The notes under the pieces are model-generated. The model was not told the DNA's origin, ran no database searches, and was given only the letters and a program-made list of their open reading frames with translations. A stretch of DNA of 64,000 nt, from assembly GCA_000165345.1 (NCBI GenBank), contig CM000433.1, positions 224,001-288,000 of the forward strand, written 5' to 3'. Below, piece after piece: positions 1 to 9,325 of the stretch. The position numbers and the translations under genes were made by a program. Numbering within the stretch: the stretch's first letter is position 1; each line of letters starts with the position of its first letter.

Positions 1-106
1 TAACAATCTTATAAAAATATTTGTAAATAAAGAGGACGAAGTTAAGCTATGCCAAAATGAATTGTTAACTTGGTGAATTATAATTTATAGATTAGCAAGA
101 TAATGT

Positions 107-1192
107 TTAAATATAGGTTTGACTTGTTTTAATAGGGATCTTTTGCGATATTTCTTTTTCAAAATTATTCAATGATTCATTTTCATTTAATTTTAATATT
201 GAAAGCGATCTCAAATATTTTTCTACCGATGCACAAATCTGTCTTTTCTTTAATTGACTAAATCTATAATTAACTACTGGACAAGTTCCTCCTTTAATTC
301 GAGCCCCTCGTTTCAAATAACAATCGCAATTAGAAGATATTTCATTAGGACAAAAGGGAGTACTCCCATCATATGGCTGATACCACCAACTGTCATCATG
401 CAAAAAGTATGTTCCAACAGGATATTGACAAATTGGAGGTTCTACATTTCTTATTTCTCTCACTAAAACAGCTTTAATTAAATTCCCCATTTCTTGATCA
501 GATTTCCATTCGAGTTCGTAATTACCTATATATTTATCAAATTCGTAATTACCCAGCCCACTTGTTTCCCATTCTTTAACATAAGAGTTGGGTTTTTGGA
601 CAATTTCAACAACTATTTGCCACCACTTTTTGGACTCCTTGATTTTGAATGGTGCAGAATACAATCCAAAGCTTGCATATAAAAGCGAGGGTGAAGTAAA
701 AATAAAATATTGGTTTGGGATATGTCCTTTCCGAATATGAACTGTTTTATTATTTGGAATCACTAGTCTCTTGTCTTTTAGTATACTTTTTATTGCCTTA
801 TGAGTTGTTCCATGATAAGACAAATCCCAATTTTTGACATTTTCCTCTTCGAATTTACTTATTTTTAAAGGATATCTTGACCATCCATTGAGTTCTACAC
901 CTGAATTAGGATCACTTTCATTAATTTTACAATGATCACGACAACAAGTTTTTTTTTCAAAGTCTAAATAGCTTTTTAGGTTGAGTAATTCAATTAATTG
1001 ATCTGTATTATTGATACACTGACAACCTTTTGACAGATTAAAATTTTTTTGAGATGATTTTTCATCAATTTTATATTTAAGATTCAAAATATTTGCCGAA
1101 TTTGAAGTTTTTTTTTCACTATTTAAATTATTATTTATAAAGATTTGTTCATAGAAATCAAATAATTTACTTCGCTCACTTGCTTTTTGCAT
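107..1192 (-). CDS. hypothetical Cys-rich protein, 361 aa; possible divergent ADP-ribosyltransferase (PARP-like) fold
   Basis: Uninterrupted ORF with a true ATG at 1190-1192 (MQKASERS...). Cys clusters at both ends (CQC...CCRDHC; CPNEISSNCDCY...GGTCP). A central stretch, 'YHGTTHKAIKSILKDKRLVIP...QYFIFTSP...NYEF', loosely resembles the PARP H-G-[ST]...Y-[FY]...E signature. No confident family assignment. Confidence 0.5.
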   Translation of the reverse strand: MQKASERSKLFDFYEQIFINNNLNSEKKTSNSANILNLKYKIDEKSSQKNFNLSKGCQCINNTDQLIELLNLKSYLDFEKKTCCRDHCKINESDPNSGVELNGWSRYPLKISKFEEENVKNWDLSYHGTTHKAIKSILKDKRLVIPNNKTVHIRKGHIPNQYFIFTSPSLLYASFGLYSAPFKIKESKKWWQIVVEIVQKPNSYVKEWETSGLGNYEFDKYIGNYELEWKSDQEMGNLIKAVLVREIRNVEPPICQYPVGTYFLHDDSWWYQPYDGSTPFCPNEISSNCDCYLKRGARIKGGTCPVVNYRFSQLKKRQICASVEKYLRSLSILKLNENESLNNFEKEISQKIPIKTSQTYI

Positions 1193-1418
1193 GCGTATAG
1201 AAAAGCTATAGAAACTAAATAATTCAATAATCAGGCTTGCTACCTTGATCTTTATCTAAAAATAATTACTTTCTTTGAAGCAATTGATTTAAGATGATTT
1301 TAACCTTAAAATACTATTTTATAATTTACCCTAACCTTTTTTAAAGATGCAAAAAAAAAAAAAAAACAGGTTTGGAATTTACCACATTTATATAAAAATT
1401 TAAAAATATAAAAATTGA

Positions 1419-4190
1419 TTAAATTAATCCTAAAAGTTGTTTGATTTCATTTGAAACAATAAAAGATTTTTTAATGCCATATATTAACTCTAGACAAATG
1501 ATTAATATCTCATTGCTTTTCTGATCCCAGAAAAAATGAGTTCTCCTAATATTGTTCCATTCAAACCCTTTATTTGGAGTAGCATTAATAAAGTCATTTA
1601 AAGCGTCTCTTTGAGATTGAAAATCCCCATTTAACAACTCAAATGCAATATAATGTATCCACGTATCACCTATCTTATTATCAATTTCCAGTGCACTTTT
1701 GAACCATTTTCTTGACTTATGAAAATCATTTTCTTTCCAAAATGATATTGCAATAGCAACCAATACATAAGGATCATTTCCACACTGTTCTAAAGCAATT
1801 AAAAATTTGGATTTTTGTTTTTGCTTTTGTTCAGTGAAAATGCTTTCTGCGTATAGCAATCCAGATTTTGGGCATTCTTTTAATGCTTTAGATAAAATTT
1901 GTGGGATAAACTCATTATTTCCTGCATTTTTTTCCAACTTAATTGTTTGCATCCACAATTCTGGTTGATTTTTGTTTTTTGAACGGGCCAAATCTAGAAA
2001 TGTTCTAGCTTTCTTCCAATTTTGCAAAAGCATTAATAATTCAATAGTAGAAAACCACAATTCTATTGAATCGCTGCAGAAGTTCAATCCTTCTTCGTAT
2101 ATTTTCAAGGCTTCATTGATCCGATCAGGAAAGGCTTTTCGATAAATAAATCCATATAAAAGCCATAAATTTGGAGAGCTTGGATATTCTTTAACAGACT
2201 CAGAGCAGTAGAGTATACACAAGTCATAGTTTTTTTGGTCATTTTCTAGCTTGATTGATTCAACCCAAATTTGTACCGATGGAGAGTTAGTTCTTTCTCT
2301 CTCTAAAATAATCTTGGCACGTTCTATTTCACCCTGAGATAGTTCTAATCTTGCTGCCTCCAATACTATTTCTTCTTTATCGTTTAAGCTCGAAGAATAT
2401 CCTTTCGACAGAATTAATCGTGCAATTTCGGCATTCCCATTTGCTGATTGATTTTGTGCGGCTTTCAACCAAAGTATTTGTTTGTCCGGACAATTCTTAA
2501 GTGATTTTTGTAAAACATGATCTACCTTTTCAAAGTTACCATACTTTTCTTCAAAATTAGCCCATTTTATCCAAAAATATTCTTTTGACTTAAACATATC
2601 TGCAGATGATTCAAACATAGCACGTGCAGATATTATATTATTTGATTTTATGAAGTTATCTATATAGGAAAAAACTTGATCATTAATTGCGTCATCATCA
2701 ATTCCAAGATTCCATGTATTTTTTATTATTGAAATACATGTATTTGAATAACCCTCTTTTTCGCATTCCCCTGCCCTATTTAACCAATCATCTCTTGAGT
2801 GTACAAACCTTTTAGCGGATAAATTTGAAATACAGCGTTTAACAATTAATTCGACTTTCTCAACTTTTCCATTTTGCTCTTCTAACTTTGCTGCTTCTAC
2901 CCAAATACCAGGAAATGTAGGCAATACTTTTCTTGCTTCATTTAGTATCTTTTGCGCATCGCAGTATTCGCTTAATCTTGCATATCTTAGCCAAAGCTCC
3001 TCAGATTGAGGTACACACTTTACAGCCTTTGATAGTAGAGCTTTTTCAGATTCATTATCAACAAGTGATATTGCTTCTTTCCAAAGTTTAATTGAATTTG
3101 GAATAAATTCAAGAGCTTTTTTAATTATTAGTAACTTTTTATTTTTATTTGTCTCTCTATTAGCTGCAACCATCCAAACTTTAGTTGAGTTTGGGATAAA
3201 TTTTATTGATTTCACAATTATTTTGTCTATTTGTTCTGGCTTTCCTAATCTAATAGCCTCCAGCCAAATATCTTCATTCTTTGGGCACATTTCACAACCT
3301 TTTGCAATAATTTCTCTTGCATGGGAAAGTCTACCTACGAACTCTTCGAATCTGGCTGCAGCTATCCAACCTGGAGAATGTTTAGGGTTTGTATTTACTA
3401 CTGATTTAAGTAATAGCCTTGCTTTTTTAATATCAGATAGATCCCCATTTAATTTAATACCAGCTGTGTTTAAAGAACTGAGATATTTTGATGGGTCAAT
3501 AACAGATTGTCCAGAAACACTGCCCATTGCCTTATCTAATTTTAAAGAAAGGATATTACCCTTAGCTGTTCCAAGCTCATTCAATTCAGTAGTAAGTTCA
3601 GTGTTTAATTCTGAATTAGAACAGTTTTTTTGGGTTAGAGTTTCAAACAAGTTCTTATGTGAAGATTGTATAATTTCATCTGGTACAGGCAAGAAAAGTT
3701 TTGGTTTCTTGTTCTTAATATAATAGTCTCCTGGTTCAGGAATTTGATCCCATTCTTCAATTTTTACGTCCCCCAAAGATTTCTTAAGACCTGAAAACTG
3801 CTCTTGTAAAGTCGGCCTATGTTCTCTTACCTTAAGAATCTCCTCTCTAATTTTCTTTTCTTTTTGTTTTTTTCTTCTGGTAGACAATTTCTCTTCAATC
3901 ATTTCATATATCGAATCTGCTTGCCGATCATCATCATCGTATTTAATATCATTAAATAGATGTTCATTAAACCCAGAAAATTTATCAAACTTGGTATCAG
4001 AATAATCACCAATATCAGCCTCAATTGTAATTGTTTGATCATCTCTACTGACTCCGCTTGCAAACCCAATAGCACCACGGCCTTTTCCAGGAACATAGTC
4101 TGGCGGTGGCTCGCCAAAAATATTATGTTTTTTTGAAATCTGTAGATCTGAAGAATTTATTCCAAGAGGATATGTATAAGAATTATTCAT
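1419..4190 (-). CDS. PRPF6: pre-mRNA-processing factor 6 (PRP6 / U5 snRNP 102 kDa), HAT/TPR repeat protein, 923 aa
   Basis: N-terminal PRP6 domain motif 'PPPDYVPGKGRGAIGFASGVSRDD', followed by about 15 HAT/TPR-like repeats (W..A..LE motifs). ATG at 4188-4190. Confidence 0.85.
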   Translation of the reverse strand: MNNSYTYPLGINSSDLQISKKHNIFGEPPPDYVPGKGRGAIGFASGVSRDDQTITIEADIGDYSDTKFDKFSGFNEHLFNDIKYDDDDRQADSIYEMIEEKLSTRRKKQKEKKIREEILKVREHRPTLQEQFSGLKKSLGDVKIEEWDQIPEPGDYYIKNKKPKLFLPVPDEIIQSSHKNLFETLTQKNCSNSELNTELTTELNELGTAKGNILSLKLDKAMGSVSGQSVIDPSKYLSSLNTAGIKLNGDLSDIKKARLLLKSVVNTNPKHSPGWIAAARFEEFVGRLSHAREIIAKGCEMCPKNEDIWLEAIRLGKPEQIDKIIVKSIKFIPNSTKVWMVAANRETNKNKKLLIIKKALEFIPNSIKLWKEAISLVDNESEKALLSKAVKCVPQSEELWLRYARLSEYCDAQKILNEARKVLPTFPGIWVEAAKLEEQNGKVEKVELIVKRCISNLSAKRFVHSRDDWLNRAGECEKEGYSNTCISIIKNTWNLGIDDDAINDQVFSYIDNFIKSNNIISARAMFESSADMFKSKEYFWIKWANFEEKYGNFEKVDHVLQKSLKNCPDKQILWLKAAQNQSANGNAEIARLILSKGYSSSLNDKEEIVLEAARLELSQGEIERAKIILERERTNSPSVQIWVESIKLENDQKNYDLCILYCSESVKEYPSSPNLWLLYGFIYRKAFPDRINEALKIYEEGLNFCSDSIELWFSTIELLMLLQNWKKARTFLDLARSKNKNQPELWMQTIKLEKNAGNNEFIPQILSKALKECPKSGLLYAESIFTEQKQKQKSKFLIALEQCGNDPYVLVAIAISFWKENDFHKSRKWFKSALEIDNKIGDTWIHYIAFELLNGDFQSQRDALNDFINATPNKGFEWNNIRRTHFFWDQKSNEILIICLELIYGIKKSFIVSNEIKQLLGLI

Positions 4191-4275
4191 TCTTACAAAT
4201 AAAATCTTTGCATTTAAATGTGTCTAATTTTTGTTTCTAAATTACCGCATTTTATATTTAGATGATAATATTCGC

Positions 4276-5066
4276 TTATTTTGTATTAAATTGCTCATTA
4301 ATCAATAGTTCCACATATGCCCTTGGACCTTCTATTATACCTTCCTTAGTTTTAATTATCCATTTCTCATCTTCAAGAAAAGAGATAGTTTTTTCTACTG
4401 AATGTTTTATCTTAACAATCAATTTAATAATTAATATTAAACTTACTTTCTTCTATGGAACAATTTTCAAAGGACTTTTGTGAGCATATTTCCTCAAATG
4501 GAATGGGGTAATCTTTTGAAAAAGTCAGAAGATTGATACGATTTAATATTTACTTACCTTTCTCAGTTATTAGTTTTAAAATATCTGTAATACCTATTAA
4601 TACCAATCCAAATTATGTAAAGTTTACATACCTTTTATTTCATTATAATCTTTAATTTTCTTAAGTCCAAGATTTAGAAATCCAAACTTTTCTTTGCTTA
4701 TGCTTTCTATGCCTTCATTAGAATGAACGTTACTCCTTAGACCAATGAAGTCGTTTTCGTTATTTCCCTTAGTGAATACAACTTCTAATAAAAGCGAACA
4801 TAATTCATCATTGCAGGCATTGACCAATTCAAAAATATTTTCAAAATCTCCTCTTGAGTTCTCCTAATACTGATGAGATTTTTATAATAAATATTATTAC
4901 TTACATTTAATACATTTAGGAAATTATTTGCATCTTTCACACTTGTTACCTAGCAAAAGTAAAGTGGTTTAATTGTCTAACAGAGGTAACTCACTTTTAC
5001 AAGAAGCATGCACTGAATAAATAAAGAGATAACTTTACTTCTTCCAGTTATTGTTCCAGAAATCAT
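4276..5066 (-). CDS. predicted 6-exon small gene (187 aa, unknown function) in an apparent intergenic gap
   Basis: Manual splice model on the minus strand. Exons: 5066..4995, 4949..4905 (45-nt micro-exon), 4863..4632, 4584..4558, 4512..4447, 4397..4276. All five introns are 41-49 nt with GTGAGT/GTAAGT/GTATGT donors and AG acceptors. Phases are consistent (the last four junctions are all phase 1) and the model ends at a TAA. Product: MISGTITGRSKVISLFIQCMLLVK|VTSVKDANNFLNVLN|ENSRGDFENIFELVNACNDELCSLLLEVVFTKGNNENDFIGLRSNVHSNEGIESISKEKFGFLNLGLKKIKDYNEIK|DILKLITEK|DYPIPFEEICSQKSFENCSIEE|IEKTISFLEDEKWIIKTKEGIIEGPRAYVELLINEQFNTK. This replaces the track ORFs 4624..4827(-), which is really a TTG-start fragment of exon 3, and 4262..4483(+). 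Confidence 0.4.
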
Positions 5067-5141
5067 TTTGTGAGAAGATATTAGCGCTCTAATAATTTCT
5101 ATATTTTATTATTAATCATTAATTGCTGGCTTTTGAATAAT

Positions 5142-5773
5142 ATGATTTCTGATCTTATAATTAAAGAAGAAGTTGGGCCAGGAAATGTCCCTAAGGCTCT
5201 ATTTATTTCATCAATAGAAGAATTTGTTGGCGATAGACCAGTTTATGGTATATTAGAAAATATCCAGTTACTTAATAGAAAATATAAAATAATGGAAAGT
5301 TCAATAAAGACTCAACAAGAATATCTTATTGCCAAGATTCCAGATATTGAATTGGCAATAGAATCGGTTTTTCAAAGAAAAAAATTGCTGGTACGTTAAT
5401 TGTTTAAAAATCTAGAACATTAATATTAATTTAGGAGAATAACTTGAATAAAAACGAATTATACTTTCCTGTTTCTGACAATTTATTTGCAAAATGTTCT
5501 TCTCCCCCGTCAAATACAATTTACCTTTGGTTAGGTGTAAGTTATTAAAGAATTATTTGATTATTTAACTCCTTTTAGGCAAATACAATATTAGAATATC
5601 CATTGGAAGAAGCGATTGAAGTGTTAAAGAGTAATCTTTCTACAGCTAAAAACACGATAAAACTATACCAGGAATCCTTAGATTTCATTAGGGAACAAAT
5701 AACCATTATGGATGTAAACACCGCGAGAGTTCATAACTACGGTGTTATGCAAAGAAAACAAAACAAAGTATAG
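5142..5773 (+). CDS. VBP1: prefoldin subunit 3 (VBP1/GIM2-like), 3 exons
   Basis: Exons 5142..5390, 5435..5536, 5579..5773. Introns 5391..5434 (GTACGT...TTTAG) and 5537..5578 (GTAAGT...TTTAG). The track ORF starts at a TTG (5133); the true ATG is at 5142 (MISDLIIKEE...). The spliced product '...ELYFPVSDNLFAKCSSPPSNTIYLWLG|ANTILEYPLEEAIEVLKSNLSTAKNTIKLYQESLDFIREQITIMDVNTARVHNYGVMQRKQNKV' is colinear with the prefoldin-3 core motif ('...DNLY.K...PP.......LWLGAN.MLEY...'). Confidence 0.75.
5391..5434 (+). other. spliceosomal intron 1 of prefoldin-3 (44 nt, GTACGT...AG)
   Basis: An in-frame stop follows immediately after 'GTACGT'. Splicing restores conserved prefoldin-3 sequence. Confidence 0.7.
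5537..5578 (+). other. spliceosomal intron 2 of prefoldin-3 (42 nt, GTAAGT...AG)
   Basis: Joins '...YLWLG' to 'ANTILEY...' in frame. Confidence 0.7.
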
Positions 5774-5926
5774 TTTATCACTCTTAAAATAGATAATTAA
5801 TACTTTTTCTAGGATTGGAAGAGTCACGCATTATTGCAAACTAACCTAGGAACAAACTAATTAGAAATAAATATCTAAAAGTTCATTCTCTCACATTAAA
5901 TTGACCGATGAATGTAATAATAAACT

Positions 5927-6385
5927 TCATGGACTCATATTACCCTTTTTACCTTTTTTCCCTATTAAAGCCTTACCCATAAGAGACTTTTCTATGTGAG
6001 GTATTACACCACCACCTGCAATTGTGGCCTTAATAAGGGAGTCCAGCTCTTCGTCACCTCTAATGGCAAGTTGAAGATGTCTAGGCGTAATACGTTTGAC
6101 TTTAAGATCCTTTGAAGCATTACCAGCCAATTCGAGTACTTCAGCGGTCAAGTATTCCAAAATTGCAGCTGCGTAAACAGAGGCAGTTGAACCTACACGA
6201 CAATCTCCTGGAATACGATGCTTTAGCATACGTTGAATACGGCCGACTGGAAACTGAAGCCCTGCACGAGCTGCTCTGGAAGTCGGTTGCTTCTTACTTC
6301 CCTTACCAGAACCTGCTTTTCCTTTTCCACCAACCTTGCCACCAACTTTACCACCTATTTTACCTGATGAGGTTGCGCCATCCAT
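5927..6385 (-). CDS. H2AZ: histone H2A.Z variant (152 aa) with apicomplexan-type GGK-repeat N-tail
   Basis: The core '[15 protein letters not shown]...[59 protein letters not shown]' is essentially identical to H2A.Z and distinct from canonical H2A. The N-tail carries '[13 protein letters not shown]'. The track start (6394) is a TTG; the true ATG is at 6383-6385 (MDGATSSGK...). Confidence 0.9.
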   Translation of the reverse strand: MDGATSSGKIGGKVGGKVGGKGKAGSGKGSKKQPTSRAARAGLQFPVGRIQRMLKHRIPGDCRVGSTASVYAAAILEYLTAEVLELAGNASKDLKVKRITPRHLQLAIRGDEELDSLIKATIAGGGVIPHIEKSLMGKALIGKKGKKGNMSP

Positions 6386-6516
6386 AATTAGCAATATTAA
6401 AAATATAAGCAGTCTTGGTTAAAAAGATATTTCTTCGTTAAGCTCAATACAAATGAACTTTATCAGATGATATAATGAGCAGATTATTTTGTTTCATGTG
6501 GACAAATTAGACATTA

Positions 6517-6523
6517 GGCGCGC
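6517..6523. promoter_or_regulatory. E2F-like GGCGCGC motif about 130 bp upstream of H2A.Z in the divergent promoter
   Basis: 'TTAGGCGCGCAC' is the only GC-rich island in the 6395-6914 promoter region. GGCGC-type E2F-like boxes are a recognised Cryptosporidium promoter motif class (established knowledge). Function here is inferred. Confidence 0.3.
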
Positions 6524-6914
6524 ACTAAATACCGCAATACAGTAAATTGCATGAGTAATTTTTAAATCGTAAAAAAGTAAAGTGCCACTATTTAGTTTTT
6601 CTAACTCGATTACATTTTTAATTTCGACCTCTGCATTTTGGTTAGTTTATATGGGTTTTGTTCATTAATAATACACTTATTTTTGAAATTAGAGTAGTAG
6701 CCTCTATTCAAATCAACGCTAAAATGCGATTACAATCGTATTCGATTTCTTATTTACGTTTATAAATATTCATATGTATTATTATTATATATGTATTACA
6801 ATCTGGCTAAGGTTAAAATTATTAGTTCCGCATCAATAAGTATTTTTGCTCTTAGTTTGGAAAAAAAGGTCTAGGTAGTGCGCCAGTTCTTGATAATAGT
6901 TAAGATGTCAAAGA

Positions 6915-8192
6915 ATGGTTTCTTCAAATGAATATAAGAACATCCTGGAGTGGATCGCATCTGTACATTTGTCTGTTTCAAATAGAGATGGGAGAAATCT
7001 GTCGAACCTATTTAATTTGAGGAATTTTAGAAATACTATTAAAGGCAATCTCTGTTCTTTTTATACCCAGGACATCAAATTACTCACCCAAAAATCTTTC
7101 CAAAATAAAAAAAATCTGTTTTCTGGGTCTCTTTCAGTAATTATTGAGAACTTTTTAGAATTATATAAGGAATTAATGAAAAAAAATTGCCAATGGGCCA
7201 ATATTCTTATTAATGGGACTGTAATTCTGAATTCTTGGATTGAAATATATCGAGACCAAGAAGCATTTCCCTGTCACTGGGTGGTTCCAGTACTATCATC
7301 AACGTGCATATTAATATCAAAGATAGGTATTATGGCAGATACGATGCTTAATTCTGGAGATTTAGATGATGACGAAAATGAAGATTATCAAAATAAATAT
7401 CAAATTTCAGTCTTAAATTCGATCAGGCAGCAAATTGGGAAATTTAGAGGTGACGATGATAGACAAGCTGGGTATGTAATTTTGATGACTGAAAGCATTA
7501 AGTGTTGCATGCAATTAAGAAATATGCAAATGGCTTCAACATTTTTAAAACATATAGAATCATCCAATATTAATCGGAATAGAGTTCCAAAAGGCCCAAT
7601 GGTTTTATTTTGTTATTTTCTAGGGAAATTGTATATGCAACAAGATAGATTTGTTCTTGCTGAAGAACAACTAATCTGGGCATTTGGAAACAGCGGAAAG
7701 AACAATAAATTAAAAAGAAATATTCTTGAATGTTTGATACCTGTAAAATTTAGGTTAGGATTTATCCCTAATATTTCACTGCTTAAAAAGTACAACCTAG
7801 AACACTATTTTGAGATATCAAAAGCTATATTACAAGGTAATATTAAACGATTTGACGCTGCAATTGAAAAATACTCATCGTTATTTATAAATCATGGAAC
7901 TATACTTTGCATTGAAAAAGTTAAGTTTATTTTATATAGGAATTTAATGAGGAGAATTCGCAATTGGTGTCGTAAAAATCTTAAGGGCGATCCAAATAAA
8001 CTCACATTTTCTGTTTTTGATGCAGGCTTCAAGTGGCAGTCAGATGAATTATTTGACCAACAGGAAATGGCATGTATTTGTGCAAACCTAATAAAATTAG
8101 GTTATATTAAAGGCTACATTTCTTGGGAACATCAAGTGATAGTATTTTCTGTTAATGATCCTTTCCCAAAATTAAGTAACGTTAAATCATAG
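6915..8192 (+). CDS. PCI-domain protein (CSN12 / PCID2 / Thp1-like), 425 aa
   Basis: The C-terminal PCI/winged-helix region 'AILQGNIKRFDAAIEKYSSLFINHGTILCIEKVKFILYRNLMRRI...ICANLIKLGYIKGYISWEHQVIVFS' matches the CSN12/PCID2 pattern. ATG at 6915. Confidence 0.6.
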   Translation: MVSSNEYKNILEWIASVHLSVSNRDGRNLSNLFNLRNFRNTIKGNLCSFYTQDIKLLTQKSFQNKKNLFSGSLSVIIENFLELYKELMKKNCQWANILINGTVILNSWIEIYRDQEAFPCHWVVPVLSSTCILISKIGIMADTMLNSGDLDDDENEDYQNKYQISVLNSIRQQIGKFRGDDDRQAGYVILMTESIKCCMQLRNMQMASTFLKHIESSNINRNRVPKGPMVLFCYFLGKLYMQQDRFVLAEEQLIWAFGNSGKNNKLKRNILECLIPVKFRLGFIPNISLLKKYNLEHYFEISKAILQGNIKRFDAAIEKYSSLFINHGTILCIEKVKFILYRNLMRRIRNWCRKNLKGDPNKLTFSVFDAGFKWQSDELFDQQEMACICANLIKLGYIKGYISWEHQVIVFSVNDPFPKLSNVKS

Positions 8193-8217
8193 TTATTTTC
8201 AGTTAGTAATTTAAGTT

Positions 8218-8952
8218 TTATTGATAATCATCCACTAATGTCCAGACCTGGAATGCATTGACAAGGAAGTCCTCGTGGCTTGATAGAGTTGGAGAATCAT
8301 ATGTTGAACACGGAGATGACCAACCTCTAAAGAACTCTCCATCGATTGTTAATGAATATGATCCACCACCTCCTATTGCAATCCTTGAGTTATCAGTATA
8401 TATGTAAAAGCAATTTTTGCCGCTCCATGGAAAAACGCTTATTCGTGAAATAGATTTTGATGATTCCTTTAAATTGTCTCCATTTTTTCTAAAGTTGCTT
8501 TCTTCTCGTGCAAGTCTATATTCACTAACTGCAAATTCTGTAAAGCAATCTTTCATCGATGTCCTGAGGTCGCAATTACTTTTGCTTGGTTCTAAATAGT
8601 TAAATTCGGTTTTTTCTGTTGGGTTTTTTGTATCAATAGTAGATAGTTGCTTGTATGTAAAAACAAACATCTCACCTGTTCCATAATAATTGGTTGAATT
8701 TCTTATCGACTCGGAAATAAATGCACCGAATACAACGCCGTTGGTATCACGCACAACTAAGATGCTTGGACCTTTATTTGAAACTCTTCTATAAAAAGAA
8801 CCAAAAGATACCCCATGTAGCTTTGAACAGAATGAAAGTTGCCACCTTCTGAGAGCTAGAACAATAGGCAAATAAGATGTAATTTCATCAACCATACCTT
8901 CATTTAGTATTTTTTTTGCTCCCTCTGGAACTTTGAAACTTGTGAGCCACAT
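8218..8952 (-). CDS. TLDc-domain protein (OXR1/NCOA7-like), 244 aa
   Basis: 'GPSILVVRDTNGVVFGAFISESIRNSTNYYGTGEMFVFTY...FYIYTDNSRIAIGGGG' is the TLDc signature. ATG at 8950-8952. Confidence 0.7.
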   Translation of the reverse strand: MWLTSFKVPEGAKKILNEGMVDEITSYLPIVLALRRWQLSFCSKLHGVSFGSFYRRVSNKGPSILVVRDTNGVVFGAFISESIRNSTNYYGTGEMFVFTYKQLSTIDTKNPTEKTEFNYLEPSKSNCDLRTSMKDCFTEFAVSEYRLAREESNFRKNGDNLKESSKSISRISVFPWSGKNCFYIYTDNSRIAIGGGGSYSLTIDGEFFRGWSSPCSTYDSPTLSSHEDFLVNAFQVWTLVDDYQ

Positions 8953-9325
8953 GAAATAACTAATCGAGCATCCATATCATTACATTAATGTGTGCTATAT
9001 TAATTTTAGGATAAAGTATTTACCGCCGACCAAACACATGGCAATTGAGAGGGAAATTGAGAGGGCAAATAAAAAAAAAAAAGCAGTAAATAATACCAAA
9101 GGCATTATATCGAATTAAGCAAAGAAACTTATGAAAACTGTATTACCTAGCAACTCTATCTTAATGGTTAACTGCAACGGCAATCCGAATGACCAACTAC
9201 AATTAAAACCAACATCTGCTTAAAATGTAATTATAAAGTAACAAGATAAACCTATATGATTGTACCTCGTTTCATCCGTATATTGAAGCAGATCTCGGCA
9301 GACTTAACCAGCTAAAAAAGATTTC

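Noticed and set aside
3223-3723. 166-aa ORF on the plus strand inside PRP6, plus many other 60-100 aa track ORFs antisense to or nested in large genes (e.g. 7613..7795, 12115..12324, 17594..17791, 30429..30719, 48216..48443).
   Set aside because: Each is embedded in a well-supported conserved CDS on the opposite strand or in another frame. Such spurious ORFs are expected in AT-rich DNA, and none has any homology signal.
4262-4827. Stand-alone track ORFs 4262..4483(+) and 4624..4827(-).
   Set aside because: They are superseded by the spliced minus-strand 6-exon model. 4624..4827 is exon 3 of that gene, and 4262..4483 is antisense to exon 6.
5133-5141. Track ORF starts at 5133, 6394, 35175 and 63952.
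   Set aside because: These 'M' residues come from TTG codons, because the track allows non-ATG starts. Eukaryotic nuclear genes here start at ATG, so the starts were moved to 5142, 6385 and 35019. Position 63952 is not a start, because the frame runs off the window.
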